64,000 nucleotides of DNA from positions 384,001-448,000 of the forward strand of contig JAVJQW010000008.1 of assembly GCA_040218735.1 (NCBI GenBank). Reading direction: 5' to 3'. Position 1 is the stretch's first letter; each line of letters opens with the position of its first letter. Positions 20,124-30,721 of this stretch are shown here, piece by piece. The notes under the pieces are model-generated. The model was not told the origin of the DNA. It saw only the letters and a list, made by a program, of their open reading frames with translations, and made no database searches. Source of the DNA: Deltaproteobacteria bacterium (GTDB taxonomy: Bacteria; Myxococcota; Kuafuiibacteriia; Kuafuiibacteriales; Kuafuiibacteriaceae). The position numbers and the translations under genes were made by a program.

Positions 20124-21638
20124 TCACACTGCGCCGAACAGATCGACCAACGTGTCGGCGGTGAGCTCGCTGACGAGCTTCACCGAGTCGCAGAACTTCT
20201 CCATCGTCTCGGCGCGTGCGTGCGCGACGTCGACGAGGATCCCGCGGATCGCGAAGCGGTGTTTCTTGCGTCGCGCTGCGATGTCGTCGAGCAGCGGCTG
20301 CGAGACCGAGGCTTCGCCGTCCGTGATGAAGACGATATCGCCGCGCCGGTAGCGGCCATCGCCGACCAGCTCCAGCGCGCGCGCCAGCGGCTCTTCGAAG
20401 TTGGTGCCGCCGCCCGGGAAGTGCTCGGCGAACTTCAGCACCTCCTCGATGTTCGTCTGCGGTCGACCCCCGGCGCGCTTCTTCGAGAGCAGCTCGACCT
20501 CGAACAGCGTGTGCCCGGAGCTGAACACCAGCGCGAGGCAGCGGCGCTTCTCGCGTCGCGCGATCTCCATCAGCGTCAGCGCCACCGCCTTCGACCAGAT
20601 CTCCTTCGGCCCGTGCATCGAGCCCGACCCATCGACGCACACCACCATCGGGCCGCGCTGCGCGGGCCCTTCGAGTTGGTATTGCAGCAGCTCGCCTTCC
20701 ACGAACCGCCGAACGAAGTCGAGGTGAAGCGCGCGCCGCTCGCGCTTCATCGCGAACAGCTCGGACGGGAGCACCCGCTCGAGCTGCCGGCCCTGCTCGA
20801 TCGCGTGGGTCTCCTGCGGTGCGCGCGAGACGCGCTTCTTACGGGCCTCCAGCGCGACGTCCTTGAACGCGCCGGTGAGCCGCGCGAGCAGTCGGAGCTT
20901 CTTGCTCCGCATCAGCCGCTCACCGAGCGCCATCTTCTCGTGCGCGGGCATCCGCCCCTCCGCGCCGCTGGCCAGTCCGAGGGCGCGGAGATCGTCGGAC
21001 AGCTCGTCCATCGTGCTCGGCATCGCGGTGATCTGCCGGTCGAGGTCGGACTCGATGTCGAGCGGCAGATCGAACGCGAGCTTCGACTGCTTCTTGCGCG
21101 ACTGCTTCGCGTCGATCGTGAGCTTCCGGATGTCCTGCTTCAGGCTCTTCTCCAGCGCTTCGCGGTCCTCGCCGAAGGCGCCCTCCGGGAGCTCGTCGAG
21201 GTGCTCGAGCTCCTTCTTGCGCTGCTCGAGCATCTCCTCGTCCATGGCGGCGTCCGCGATCGAGAGGAGCTCCGAGGCCACGACGCGATCGCCGCTGGTC
21301 AGCGCGTCGAGGATCTTGTGACCGAGGTAGATCAACGCCTCGCACGTCGTGCTCGGATCGAGTCGCGTTCGATCGCGGAGCGTGACGATCCCCGGAGACC
21401 GGAGCACGGCGTTCAATAGACGCCGGTGCACCAGAGCACCCGCCGACAGCTCCCGCTCGTCGAGGAGCACGACGTTCATCTTGAAGAGGATACTGAATAG
21501 ATCGAGGAACAGATGGTCGGCGTGCGGCAGCAGCCGACGCGCGCGCTCGCGGACATCGACCAACGCCTTCTCTTTGGCGGCGAGGCCTTCGTAGACCTCA
21601 CGGTCGTAACCGTCGAAGAGGACACACGCGAGGGACAT
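20124..21638 (-). CDS. VWA-domain protein (ViaA/CoxE-like)
   Basis: MIDAS motif DGSGS...GGTNF...FITDG and 'LERVLPSEL'. It lies directly downstream of a RavA-like ATPase. Confidence 0.85.
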   Translation of the reverse strand: MSLACVLFDGYDREVYEGLAAKEKALVDVRERARRLLPHADHLFLDLFSILFKMNVVLLDERELSAGALVHRRLLNAVLRSPGIVTLRDRTRLDPSTTCEALIYLGHKILDALTSGDRVVASELLSIADAAMDEEMLEQRKKELEHLDELPEGAFGEDREALEKSLKQDIRKLTIDAKQSRKKQSKLAFDLPLDIESDLDRQITAMPSTMDELSDDLRALGLASGAEGRMPAHEKMALGERLMRSKKLRLLARLTGAFKDVALEARKKRVSRAPQETHAIEQGRQLERVLPSELFAMKRERRALHLDFVRRFVEGELLQYQLEGPAQRGPMVVCVDGSGSMHGPKEIWSKAVALTLMEIARREKRRCLALVFSSGHTLFEVELLSKKRAGGRPQTNIEEVLKFAEHFPGGGTNFEEPLARALELVGDGRYRRGDIVFITDGEASVSQPLLDDIAARRKKHRFAIRGILVDVAHARAETMEKFCDSVKLVSELTADTLVDLFGAV

Positions 21639-21642
21639 GGCT

Positions 21643-22767
21643 TCAGTTCGGGGCGGAGATCAGCGAGCGCATCATGCGTTCGACGTCCTCGGCGATCTGC
21701 TCGATCCGCGCCGTGTCCTTCCCGCGTTCGGCGGTCTGACTCTGCATCCGTTGGAGGCGATCGTGGATCGCCGAGAGCTTCGTGTGCGCCTCCAGGACGG
21801 CGCGGCTGTACGCTTCGCCGTCGGACCACGTGCGCTTGGCGTACGCGTCGACTTCGTGCGCCTGGACCAGGAGCCGTCGCGCTTCTTCTTCGAACCCCGT
21901 CGCGACTTCACCGAGCACCTCCGCGACCTTCGGGATCTCCTCGGGGTCGCTCCACAGCACGTGCTCGAGCCAGCGGAGGTCCGAGGACGTCACTTCGCTT
22001 CGGCCTTCGAGGACGGCTGCCGCGCGCAGCACGTCGATCGCTTGTCGGTAGCGACGGTCCGACGCGATGACGCCCGCGGCGTTCAGCCGGTTGCGCACCT
22101 CCATCACGTCGCCGAGCACCCCGTCCGGCACCGAGATCTCGCGGGTCTTCGCGCGGAGGTGATCGAGCGCGGCGTCGCCGAGCGTGGTGGGCGGACCGGC
22201 GTCCTCGCTCATCTTCAGCAGCCGCGCGAAGCGGTAGTCCTGTTGGATGTAACCGACCGTGAAGCGCAGCAGGAATCGGTCGTAGAGCGCGCCGAGCTCG
22301 TCCTCCTCCGGAAGCTCGTTGCTGGCGCCGATCAGGCATTCGAGCGGGACGGCGCGCGACGTGCTGCCCTGGTGGAACGCACGTTCGTTGAGGATCGTGA
22401 GGAGCGCGTTGAGGATCGCCGAGCTCGCCTTGAAGACCTCGTCGAGGAAGCTGATCTCCGCCTCCGGGAGCTTGCCCTCGACCACGCGCTCGTAGCGGCC
22501 CTCTTCCAACGCTGCGAGGCTCATCGGCCCGAAGATCTCCTCGGGCGTCGTGAACTTGGTGAGGAGCCACTCGAAGTAACGTTTGTCGTCGAGGTGGGCG
22601 CAGAGGGCTTTCGCGAGCATCGACTTCGCGGTTCCGGGCGGTCCGAGGAGGAGCACGTGCTGTCGTGCGAGGAGCGCGATCAACGCGCCGTCGACGACCT
22701 CGTCGCGTTCGATGAAGCGCGACTTCAGCTCGGTGCGTATCGCGAGGAGGGTCTCTTCGGGCGTCAC
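21643..22767 (-). CDS. MoxR-family AAA+ ATPase, RavA-like
   Basis: 'LLGPPGTAKS' Walker A, 'LLTKFTTPEEIFGP', 'FLDEVFKASSAILNALL', 'ASNELP', 'ALYDRF' and 'SDRR'. Confidence 0.9.
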   Translation of the reverse strand: MTPEETLLAIRTELKSRFIERDEVVDGALIALLARQHVLLLGPPGTAKSMLAKALCAHLDDKRYFEWLLTKFTTPEEIFGPMSLAALEEGRYERVVEGKLPEAEISFLDEVFKASSAILNALLTILNERAFHQGSTSRAVPLECLIGASNELPEEDELGALYDRFLLRFTVGYIQQDYRFARLLKMSEDAGPPTTLGDAALDHLRAKTREISVPDGVLGDVMEVRNRLNAAGVIASDRRYRQAIDVLRAAAVLEGRSEVTSSDLRWLEHVLWSDPEEIPKVAEVLGEVATGFEEEARRLLVQAHEVDAYAKRTWSDGEAYSRAVLEAHTKLSAIHDRLQRMQSQTAERGKDTARIEQIAEDVERMMRSLISAPN

Positions 22768-22796
22768 GCCGCGGATGGTATCAAGGGTGCCGCTCG

Positions 22797-23654
22797 ATGG
22801 GAGGATGGGGGCGTTGCCCCGCGTGTGACGCGGGGACCGTGGACGAGGCGGGGCGGCGTCGGTGCCCGTCCTGCGGGCATCGGACGTGGGCGCTGAGCGT
22901 CGATTTGGATCGTCCGTCGCCCCTCGACGACGTCGCGCTCAAGGCGGCGCTCTCGAAGCAGCGCCGCGCGGAGTTCCACGGGATGCTCGCTGCGCTGGGA
23001 TCCGTGCAGCGGATCGTCGACGTGGGGTGTTCGACGGGGGAGTTTCTCGATGTCTGTTGTGAGCGGGGTATCGACGCGGTCGGCGTGGAGCCGGACCCGC
23101 GTGTGGCGGAGGTCGCGCAGCGCAAGGGCCACGACGTTCGTGAGGGGTTCTTCGATGCGGTGGCGCTCTCGTTGGGATCGGCGGACGTCGTCGTGTTCAA
23201 CGACGTGCTCGAGCACATCCCGGACGCAGAGGCGGCGCTGCGGACGGCGAAGACGATCGGCTCACGACTCGCGATCTCCCTCCCCAACGGGGAGGGCGCG
23301 TTCTATTCAGTGGCGCGGCTGCTCGAAAGCGTAGGGCGCGACGGTCCGATGCGGAGGCTTTGGCAGGCCGACTACCCGTCGCCCCACGTGCACTACTTCA
23401 CGCCACGAAGCCTGCGGACCATGGCGCGGCGCGCGGGGTGGGCCGAGGTTTCGTTCGAGGCGCGCGTCGCGGTGGATCCGTCAGGCGTGTGGGAGCGCGT
23501 GCGGGCGGATCGTTCGAGCTCCGTCGCGTTCGCGGCGTTGGTGTGGGGGGGCGTGCGGTTGGGGTGGCCCGTCCTGCGCAGGGCGCCGAAGGACATCTCG
23601 GTACACGTGTTCACCGATGCCCTGGGTGTGAAGCCGAGGATGATCTACAAGTAG
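22797..23654 (+). CDS. class I SAM-dependent methyltransferase with N-terminal zinc ribbon
   Basis: CPAC..CPSC, 'VDVGCSTG', 'DVLEHI' and 'PHVHYFT'. Confidence 0.8.
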   Translation: MGGWGRCPACDAGTVDEAGRRRCPSCGHRTWALSVDLDRPSPLDDVALKAALSKQRRAEFHGMLAALGSVQRIVDVGCSTGEFLDVCCERGIDAVGVEPDPRVAEVAQRKGHDVREGFFDAVALSLGSADVVVFNDVLEHIPDAEAALRTAKTIGSRLAISLPNGEGAFYSVARLLESVGRDGPMRRLWQADYPSPHVHYFTPRSLRTMARRAGWAEVSFEARVAVDPSGVWERVRADRSSSVAFAALVWGGVRLGWPVLRRAPKDISVHVFTDALGVKPRMIYK

Positions 23655-23659
23655 ACTCG

Positions 23660-24112
23660 ATGCGAGGAGCGGTCCGATGTTGCGTCGTGGCGGCGATGGC
23701 GTGCGCAGGAGCGTGCGTCACAATCGACCCACCCAGAGCCGGCCCGGACCTCCCGGAGCGCGCCGCGCGCAACCTGCGTTGCAGCATCAGGGAGGTCGTC
23801 GCCGTCGAGCCACCGAAGTGTCCTCCGAGCGACACCTTCTGCAGGAGCGTCGCGTCCTACGCGGGATGCGGAAGAATCGCCGACTACGTCCAAAGGTGCA
23901 CCCCCTCCTCCGTCCTCGTCGACGGCCATTTCCAACCCGGGACTGCCTGCAGCTGGCACTTCGCGCGGCAGCGGCCGGCGAGCCGAGAGGACGCGATTCG
24001 GGAGGTGGAGGAAGCGCGCGCGGCGATTCGCGCGCCGCGCACGTCCGCGACCCAAACCGGCACGACGTCGGTGCGTCGCGAGCCGCGGGATCCGTTCGTC
24101 GCGGACGAGTAG
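23660..24112 (+). CDS. Cys-rich hypothetical (lipo)protein
   Basis: ATG at 23660 in ORF 23360..24112. Hydrophobic N-terminus ending AGA-C, and the 'RAA..L.C...GCG....Y...C' pattern of small myxobacterial lipoproteins. Confidence 0.55.
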   Translation: MRGAVRCCVVAAMACAGACVTIDPPRAGPDLPERAARNLRCSIREVVAVEPPKCPPSDTFCRSVASYAGCGRIADYVQRCTPSSVLVDGHFQPGTACSWHFARQRPASREDAIREVEEARAAIRAPRTSATQTGTTSVRREPRDPFVADE

Positions 24113-24144
24113 CGGGCGGGACTTCGAGCTGTCGCCGAACGGAA

Positions 24145-24674
24145 TCACCGGCGGCATCGGCACCGGCCCCGGATCCACGGCGGGTTCGCCGGGCCATCGC
24201 CGGTCATGACGAGCGAGCCGACGCACAACGCGTTTTCGTACACCGCGTCGATCTCGGCGCGGATGCCCTTCAGCGCGGCGGCGTCGAGGCACTTGGGATC
24301 GGACAGCGTCTTCGCGAACTGCACGGTCACGCGCACCGGAACGTCCGGTTGCGCTTCAACCCCTTACCCATCTCCTCGTTGTACGGGCCTTCCGTCGGGC
24401 CGTGGCCGATGACCGCGTCGTCGAGGTCCGGTCCGCCGCGCGAGGCGAACGCGACGGTCTCCAGGACGCCGCCCCCGAACGGGCGCGCGGGTCGCGGGTG
24501 CTCGGGGATCAGCGGGACCTGGATGAACGGGATGCGGTTTGCCTGGTCCGCGTTGCCCTGGCCGCGACCGGAGGTGTCGACGGCGACGTCCGACTGCGCG
24601 GCGCGCTCGGCGGTGAGCGGTGCGCGCTTGCCGTTTTCGTTGAAGTGCAGGCGATCCGCACCGAAGTGAAGGGT
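24145..24674 (-). pseudogene. 5'-truncated, frameshifted remnant of a conserved hypothetical gene
   Basis: The frame from 24674 has no start codon and is preceded by TGA TAA. It reads ..FGADRLHFNENG..IQVPL..DAVIGHGPTEGP..KRNRTF. After a 1-bp deletion near 24337 it continues as VRVTVQFAK..IDAVYE..VGSLV. Codon usage is gene-like. Confidence 0.6.
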
Positions 24675-24680
24675 TTATCA

Positions 24681-24694
24681 GGCTCTGTTGTAAG
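24681..24694 (+). mobile_element. possible IS terminal inverted-repeat remnant (IS6-like)
   Basis: GGCTCTGTTGTAAG matches 12/14 of the IS6100-type end GGCTCTGTTGCAAA. It sits in an AT-richer patch where the pseudogene is cut. No transposase is nearby. Confidence 0.3.
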
Positions 24695-24801
24695 GGGTTG
24701 TCATGATTCTGGGACACCGTCGCTGGACTCGAGGTCTAGCTGAGACTTTTGGCCGGTCGTCGGATTTGGCCCTCGTGGCGGGGCCTTCGTAGCATCCGCG
24801 C

Positions 24802-25821
<1,020 letters not shown>

Positions 25822-25829
25822 GGCACGAC

Positions 25830-28568
25830 CTACGGTTCGGGGAGCACGCTCGACCCGGGAAGCGCAGCGCACAATCCACCGGCCTGGTCCTCACCCACCA
25901 CGAGGACGTCCGCGTTGCCGGACGGGATCGGTGCCATCGTCATCGGATAGTTGCCGAGCGGGTACGCCGTGATGCGCCCTCGGTTCGGCTGTCCGGCCGT
26001 CATGCCGCCGAACCGCGAGCCCACCACGATGTCGGCGACGAGATCGCCGTTGATGTCGGCGCCGATGTCGACGGTCAAGCCGAGCTCCTCGCGTGCGCAG
26101 TTCATCGCGTTGACACACGAGCCTTCGATGACGGCGTAGGGCTGCGTCGACGGCGCCGCGGCCCCTTCGTAGACGTACACGCGGCCGACGGAGCCCATGT
26201 GCATCGGCGCGGTCGCGACGAGGTCCGGGTACCCGTCGCCCGTCACGTCGTCTCCGCCGGCGAGGGCGCTGCCGAACATACCGACCTGCGCGAGGCGGAG
26301 GTCGGGCGCTGCGTTGGACGTCCAGCTCGTGCGGCCGAAGTACACGTGCACCATGTCCTTCACGGGGCTCGAGATCGCGAAGTCCTCGAGACCGTCGCGG
26401 TTGAAGTCGAGGAGGCCGACGATCGACCAACCGTAGGCTTCGGCGTCACTGCCGCCGCTCAATGTGAAGGTCGGGGCGGTCGGGGACATGGCGGTGTTGG
26501 CCGGCGACATGTAGACCGCGACGCGGCCCTCCGCGACGCTCGCCGGCGCGTACTTCGGTTCGCCGATCGCGAGGTCGGGCCAGCCGTCGTAGTCGATGTC
26601 GCCGATCATCGCGACGGAGCGTCCGAATTCGGTGCCCGCCGACTGCGCGGTGAGGTGCGCGACGAAGTCGGTCGTCGACGGCCAGAAGCCGGGCTGTCCG
26701 GCGAACACGAACACTTGGCCGACGCTGTTGCCGTCGACGCCGGGGGCTCCGACGATCAGGTCGCCGATCCCGTCGACGTCGAGATCCTCGATCGCGAGCG
26801 CCGCGCCGAACGCGTCGCCGTTCGACATCCCCGCGAGGACGGGGCCGGTACCGCCGCCGACCATGCCGCTCCCGACGAGGCCGGGGCCGCCGAAGAGGAT
26901 GTGCACGGCGCCGCGACCGCTCTCGCCGGGGGCGCCGATCGCGAGGTCTTCGTAGCCGTCGCCGTCGAGGTCACCGACCGCGATCGACGAGCCGAATCCG
27001 GAGCCTGGCGCCGCGCCTTGGTAGGAGCGGTCGACTTGGTTGATGCCCATCGCGGACTGCGACTTGGGGCCGAACATGACGTAGACGCGACCGACGTCGG
27101 CTTGGGTTCCGGCGTCGACTCCGGGCGCGCCGAACACGAGGTCTTCGTAGCCGTCGCCGTTGAGGTCGCGCGGGATCGCGACGGGGACATCGGTGTCGAA
27201 GATCGCGAAGACCTCGCGCGCCGTCGCCATGTCGACGACACACGTCCCGTTGCCGGTGCACGCGCCTTCCCAACCCTTGAACGTCGAGCCCCCCGGTTCG
27301 GGCGTGGCGTACAGCTCCACCGTCGCGTTGCGCGCGAACATGTACGAGCACTGCGTGCCGCAGTCGATGCCGGCCGGGTTCGAGGTGACGTGGCCTTCGC
27401 CCGTGCCTCCGTAGCCGACGAGGAGCTCGACCCGCGCGGAGCCGTCGTCGTGCATGAAGGAGCCGGCGACGTAGCGCGGACCGTCCATCGTGACGACGCA
27501 GTTGTCGACGCCGCCGCAGTCGCCGAACCAACCGGCGAAGCCGGAGGTCGCACCGGCTTCGTGGCGGAGGGTCACGCGAGTGTTCGCCGGGAAGCTGCCG
27601 GTGCACATCGCGTTGCGGCAGTCGATCCCCGCGGGTTCGGAGTAGATACGTCCGTTGCCGCCGCCGTGCAGGTTCACTTGCAGGTCGTGTTGTCCGGACG
27701 TCTGGCGGACCTCGAAGCGCGCGTCGAGGATGGTGTCGTTCATGAGGACGAACGTGCAGTCGCCGGAGCCCGTGCACGGGGCGGCCTCCCATCCGGCGAA
27801 TGCAGAGTTGTTGTCGGGCGTGCCTTGCAAAGTCACGCTGCTGCCGACCTCGACCTCTGCAAGGCAGGTTGCGCCGCAGTCGATTGCGCCCGACGTCGAT
27901 TGAACGTGGCCCGCGCCGCCGCCGACTTTGTTGACCTGGAGCGTTACGGTGTCGGTCGGACCCTTGGCGTCGTCGACGCAGGCCACCGTGGCGGCGTCGC
28001 AGTGTTGGTCGGCGCCGCATTCGACGACCACCGGCGGGTCGCCGTAGCGTTCACACACTTCGTAGCCGGTGCCGGACTCGTTGCACTGTCCGGGGCCCGG
28101 ACGGCAGAGGTCGGTTTCGGCTTCTTCCGGCACCGAACCGAGCTGGTCCTCCGTGAGCTCGGCCGGGGCGCAGCCCACCTCCGTGCACGTTTCGCTCTCG
28201 CCGCACGCGACGCCGCGACACGCGCTCGCGATGAACATCGGGATGCGCATGCGACCGACCGGCGGAAAGCCGACGATCGCACGCCGCAGCACGACGTCGT
28301 TTCCGGCGTCGTCGAGCGCGGTGACCTCGACGACGAGCGGGCTACCGTCTTCGGGAGGGAGCACGCCTAGGGAGATCGGGAGCGGTGTCTCGGGGAGCGC
28401 GAAGGTTGCGCCGTCGGACGACGCACCGCCTTGCGCCGTGGCGAGGACGTCGATGCCGATCGCGTCCTCGGGGATCGTGAGGTCCGTGTCGACGACGACG
28501 ACGAATTGCTCGGCATCCGAAGCACACGCCGCGAGCGTGAGTGCGAGGGTGGCGATGGCCCGTTTCAT
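25830..28568 (-). CDS. lipoprotein with three Cys-containing bacterial (InlB-B-like) repeats and an FG-GAP/integrin-alpha propeller
   Basis: ATG at 28568 gives MKRAIATLALTLAA-C. Three 'G.G.V.S.P.GIDC...F.GW.G.C.G..C.V.M' repeats and about 7 'D..GDG..DL..GAP' FG-GAP repeats follow. Confidence 0.88.
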   Translation of the reverse strand: MKRAIATLALTLAACASDAEQFVVVVDTDLTIPEDAIGIDVLATAQGGASSDGATFALPETPLPISLGVLPPEDGSPLVVEVTALDDAGNDVVLRRAIVGFPPVGRMRIPMFIASACRGVACGESETCTEVGCAPAELTEDQLGSVPEEAETDLCRPGPGQCNESGTGYEVCERYGDPPVVVECGADQHCDAATVACVDDAKGPTDTVTLQVNKVGGGAGHVQSTSGAIDCGATCLAEVEVGSSVTLQGTPDNNSAFAGWEAAPCTGSGDCTFVLMNDTILDARFEVRQTSGQHDLQVNLHGGGNGRIYSEPAGIDCRNAMCTGSFPANTRVTLRHEAGATSGFAGWFGDCGGVDNCVVTMDGPRYVAGSFMHDDGSARVELLVGYGGTGEGHVTSNPAGIDCGTQCSYMFARNATVELYATPEPGGSTFKGWEGACTGNGTCVVDMATAREVFAIFDTDVPVAIPRDLNGDGYEDLVFGAPGVDAGTQADVGRVYVMFGPKSQSAMGINQVDRSYQGAAPGSGFGSSIAVGDLDGDGYEDLAIGAPGESGRGAVHILFGGPGLVGSGMVGGGTGPVLAGMSNGDAFGAALAIEDLDVDGIGDLIVGAPGVDGNSVGQVFVFAGQPGFWPSTTDFVAHLTAQSAGTEFGRSVAMIGDIDYDGWPDLAIGEPKYAPASVAEGRVAVYMSPANTAMSPTAPTFTLSGGSDAEAYGWSIVGLLDFNRDGLEDFAISSPVKDMVHVYFGRTSWTSNAAPDLRLAQVGMFGSALAGGDDVTGDGYPDLVATAPMHMGSVGRVYVYEGAAAPSTQPYAVIEGSCVNAMNCAREELGLTVDIGADINGDLVADIVVGSRFGGMTAGQPNRGRITAYPLGNYPMTMAPIPSGNADVLVVGEDQAGGLCAALPGSSVLPEP

Positions 28569-29293
28569 CGACGACCTCCCAGCGGCTGCAGGACGACGTC
28601 CGCGGTTCCGCCGTAGGTCGACTCCTTGGAAGTCGCGACGACCCCGAGCGCGACGGCGCCGCCGACCACCGCGGCGCCGGTGATGATCCAGAAGACGGGG
28701 CTCGAGAGGACGGAGTCGTCCTGCTCGGCGGTGGGGGCTGGTGCCGTCGCGACCGCTGTGGGGGGCGGCGGCGGGGGAGGTGCGGACTCGATGACCGCCT
28801 CGGCGGCTTCGCGCGCGCGTGCTTCCGCTTCGGCGATGGCGGCCGCGCGCTCGGCTTCGCGGCGCTCCGCTTCTTCGCGCTCGCGAAGTGCGGCGGCCTC
28901 TTCGGCGCGTTTGTCTTCCTCGGCCTTCCTCGCGGCTTCGGCTTCGCGATCGCGACGCTGCTTCGCCGCGATCTCCTCGAGCAGCGTGAGCGTCTCGCGG
29001 ACCTCCGACGCGTTGTCGGGCTCGGTCGCGATGTACTCCTTGAAGTAGACGATTGCGTCGTCGTAGCGGCGCAAGGATCGGAGGCACTGCGCGAGGCCGA
29101 AGATCGTCGCGGGGCGGTGGCCCGATTGTTCGTACGCCTTCTCGAAGTAGGGGAGGGCGGCGCGGAACTCTTCGGCTTCGAAGTAGCGCGTCGCCTTCAC
29201 GTAGGCGGCGCGGCCTCCGTCGTCTTCCGCGTGGGCTCGCGTCGCGACCGTCAATGCCGCCACGCACGCGATCCAGATCGCTCGTTTCACCAT
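28565..29293 (-). CDS. exported TPR protein with Pro-rich linker and C-terminal hydrophobic segment
   Basis: Signal peptide (AHA), TPRs ('A...FEKAY...P..IFGLAQCLR...Y.DAI.YFKEY'), charged helix, poly-Pro, and 'PVFWIITGAAVVGGAVALGVV'. Confidence 0.85.
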   Translation of the reverse strand: MVKRAIWIACVAALTVATRAHAEDDGGRAAYVKATRYFEAEEFRAALPYFEKAYEQSGHRPATIFGLAQCLRSLRRYDDAIVYFKEYIATEPDNASEVRETLTLLEEIAAKQRRDREAEAARKAEEDKRAEEAAALREREEAERREAERAAAIAEAEARAREAAEAVIESAPPPPPPPTAVATAPAPTAEQDDSVLSSPVFWIITGAAVVGGAVALGVVATSKESTYGGTADVVLQPLGGRR

Positions 29294-30666
29294 GGCACCA
29301 GCTCCCGTTTCTTCACGACGCGCTTCTTCTCTTTCTCGACCGGCTCCTTCGGAACGAGTCGAGAGGGTCGACGTCTCAATCGCCGCCGGCGCGTCGCGGG
29401 CGGCGGTTGTTTCTTCGGCTCGGGCTTCTCTTCGGGGGCGGCCTTTTCACCGGGCTCGTCCTGCGGCGCGGCCTTGTCCTCGGCGTCGACCGACTCCGCG
29501 GCGGGCGCGTCGACGGAGGCCGGCTCGGGTTTGGTGTCGTGCGCGGGCGCTCGGGCCGGGGTCGCCTCGACCGGGGTGGCGATGACTTCGGGCTGGCTTC
29601 GCTGCCACGCGAACACACCGAGGGCGGCCGCGAGCGCGAGCGCGGCGATGCCTCCGGCGACGAGGGGCCAACGGCTGCGGCCTCCCGCCGGGGGCTCTTC
29701 GATCATCGACGCCATCGCGTTGGCCGCGGTGGGTTCGGGATCCTTGGCCTTCTCGGGGCGGAGGCTGGCGAGGCGGCCGGAGAACTCGGGGCCTTCGTCG
29801 CGCGCGAGCACGATGAGCTCGGAGAGCGCGTTGGCGAGCTCGGCGATCGACGGGCGCTCTTCCGCATCGAGCGCGAGGCACCAGTGGATCAGCTCGCGGA
29901 CGGACTCGGCGGCGGGGAGGTCGGCCGGGAACACGAGCTCGGGGACCTCACCGAGGAGCTTCTGCGAGAGCATGGGCATCCGGTCGCCCGAGAAGAGGCG
30001 GGAGCCTGTGATCATCTCGTAGAAGATCTCGCCGATCGCGTAGATGTCGGTGGCGCCGGAGACCGGGTTGGCGGCGATCTGCTCGGGCGCCATGTACGAG
30101 GGCGTGCCGAGCATCGAGCCGGTGACGGTCTTGTGGTCGACGTCGCCGTCGACGGACTTCGCGATGCCGAAGTCGAGGATCTTGACGGACGGGACGGCGG
30201 AGAGATCGGTGTTCAGGTCGCCGAGGACGAGGACGTTGTCCGGTTTGAGGTCGCGGTGGATGACGCCGACGGCGTGGACCGCTTCGAGCGCGCTGACGAG
30301 TTGGAAGGTGACGTTGATGGCCTGCTCGAGCGTGAGCCGGCGCTCTTTCAGGAGGCGGCCGAGCGAGGGGCCCTCGACGAGCTCCATGACGTACGCGACG
30401 CGACGTGGGTTCTCGAGCTCGATGAAGTCATAGATGTCGACGATGTTGGGGTGCCTGACGTCGTTGACGATCTTCGCTTCGCTGAGGAAGCGACTGACGT
30501 ACTCCTGGGACGATACGAGGGAGGGCGCCAGCAGCTTGACCGCCGTCCGTCGTCCGAGGCGCGTGTGGGTCGCTTCGTAGACGCAACCCATTCCGCCCTG
30601 CCCCAGGACGTTCTGGAGTCTGTAGCCGCCGATGACCTCGCCTATCTCTGCGGGCCGTTCGGACAT
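29287..30666 (-). CDS. membrane-anchored Ser/Thr protein kinase
   Basis: GQGGMG, AVK, HRDLKPDN, DFG and APE are intact. One TM helix and a low-complexity, basic C-terminal tail follow. Confidence 0.92.
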   Translation of the reverse strand: MSERPAEIGEVIGGYRLQNVLGQGGMGCVYEATHTRLGRRTAVKLLAPSLVSSQEYVSRFLSEAKIVNDVRHPNIVDIYDFIELENPRRVAYVMELVEGPSLGRLLKERRLTLEQAINVTFQLVSALEAVHAVGVIHRDLKPDNVLVLGDLNTDLSAVPSVKILDFGIAKSVDGDVDHKTVTGSMLGTPSYMAPEQIAANPVSGATDIYAIGEIFYEMITGSRLFSGDRMPMLSQKLLGEVPELVFPADLPAAESVRELIHWCLALDAEERPSIAELANALSELIVLARDEGPEFSGRLASLRPEKAKDPEPTAANAMASMIEEPPAGGRSRWPLVAGGIAALALAAALGVFAWQRSQPEVIATPVEATPARAPAHDTKPEPASVDAPAAESVDAEDKAAPQDEPGEKAAPEEKPEPKKQPPPATRRRRLRRRPSRLVPKEPVEKEKKRVVKKRELVPW

Positions 30667-30721
30667 GTCCGACGATCTTCATCGACCGAAGTGTTCCGAA
30701 TTGAACCCGGCGAGCCGCCGG

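Noticed and set aside
28569-29267. N-terminal extension of ORF 25830..29267
   Set aside because: It overlaps the TPR gene in another frame. The lipoprotein signal peptide begins at the ATG at 28568.
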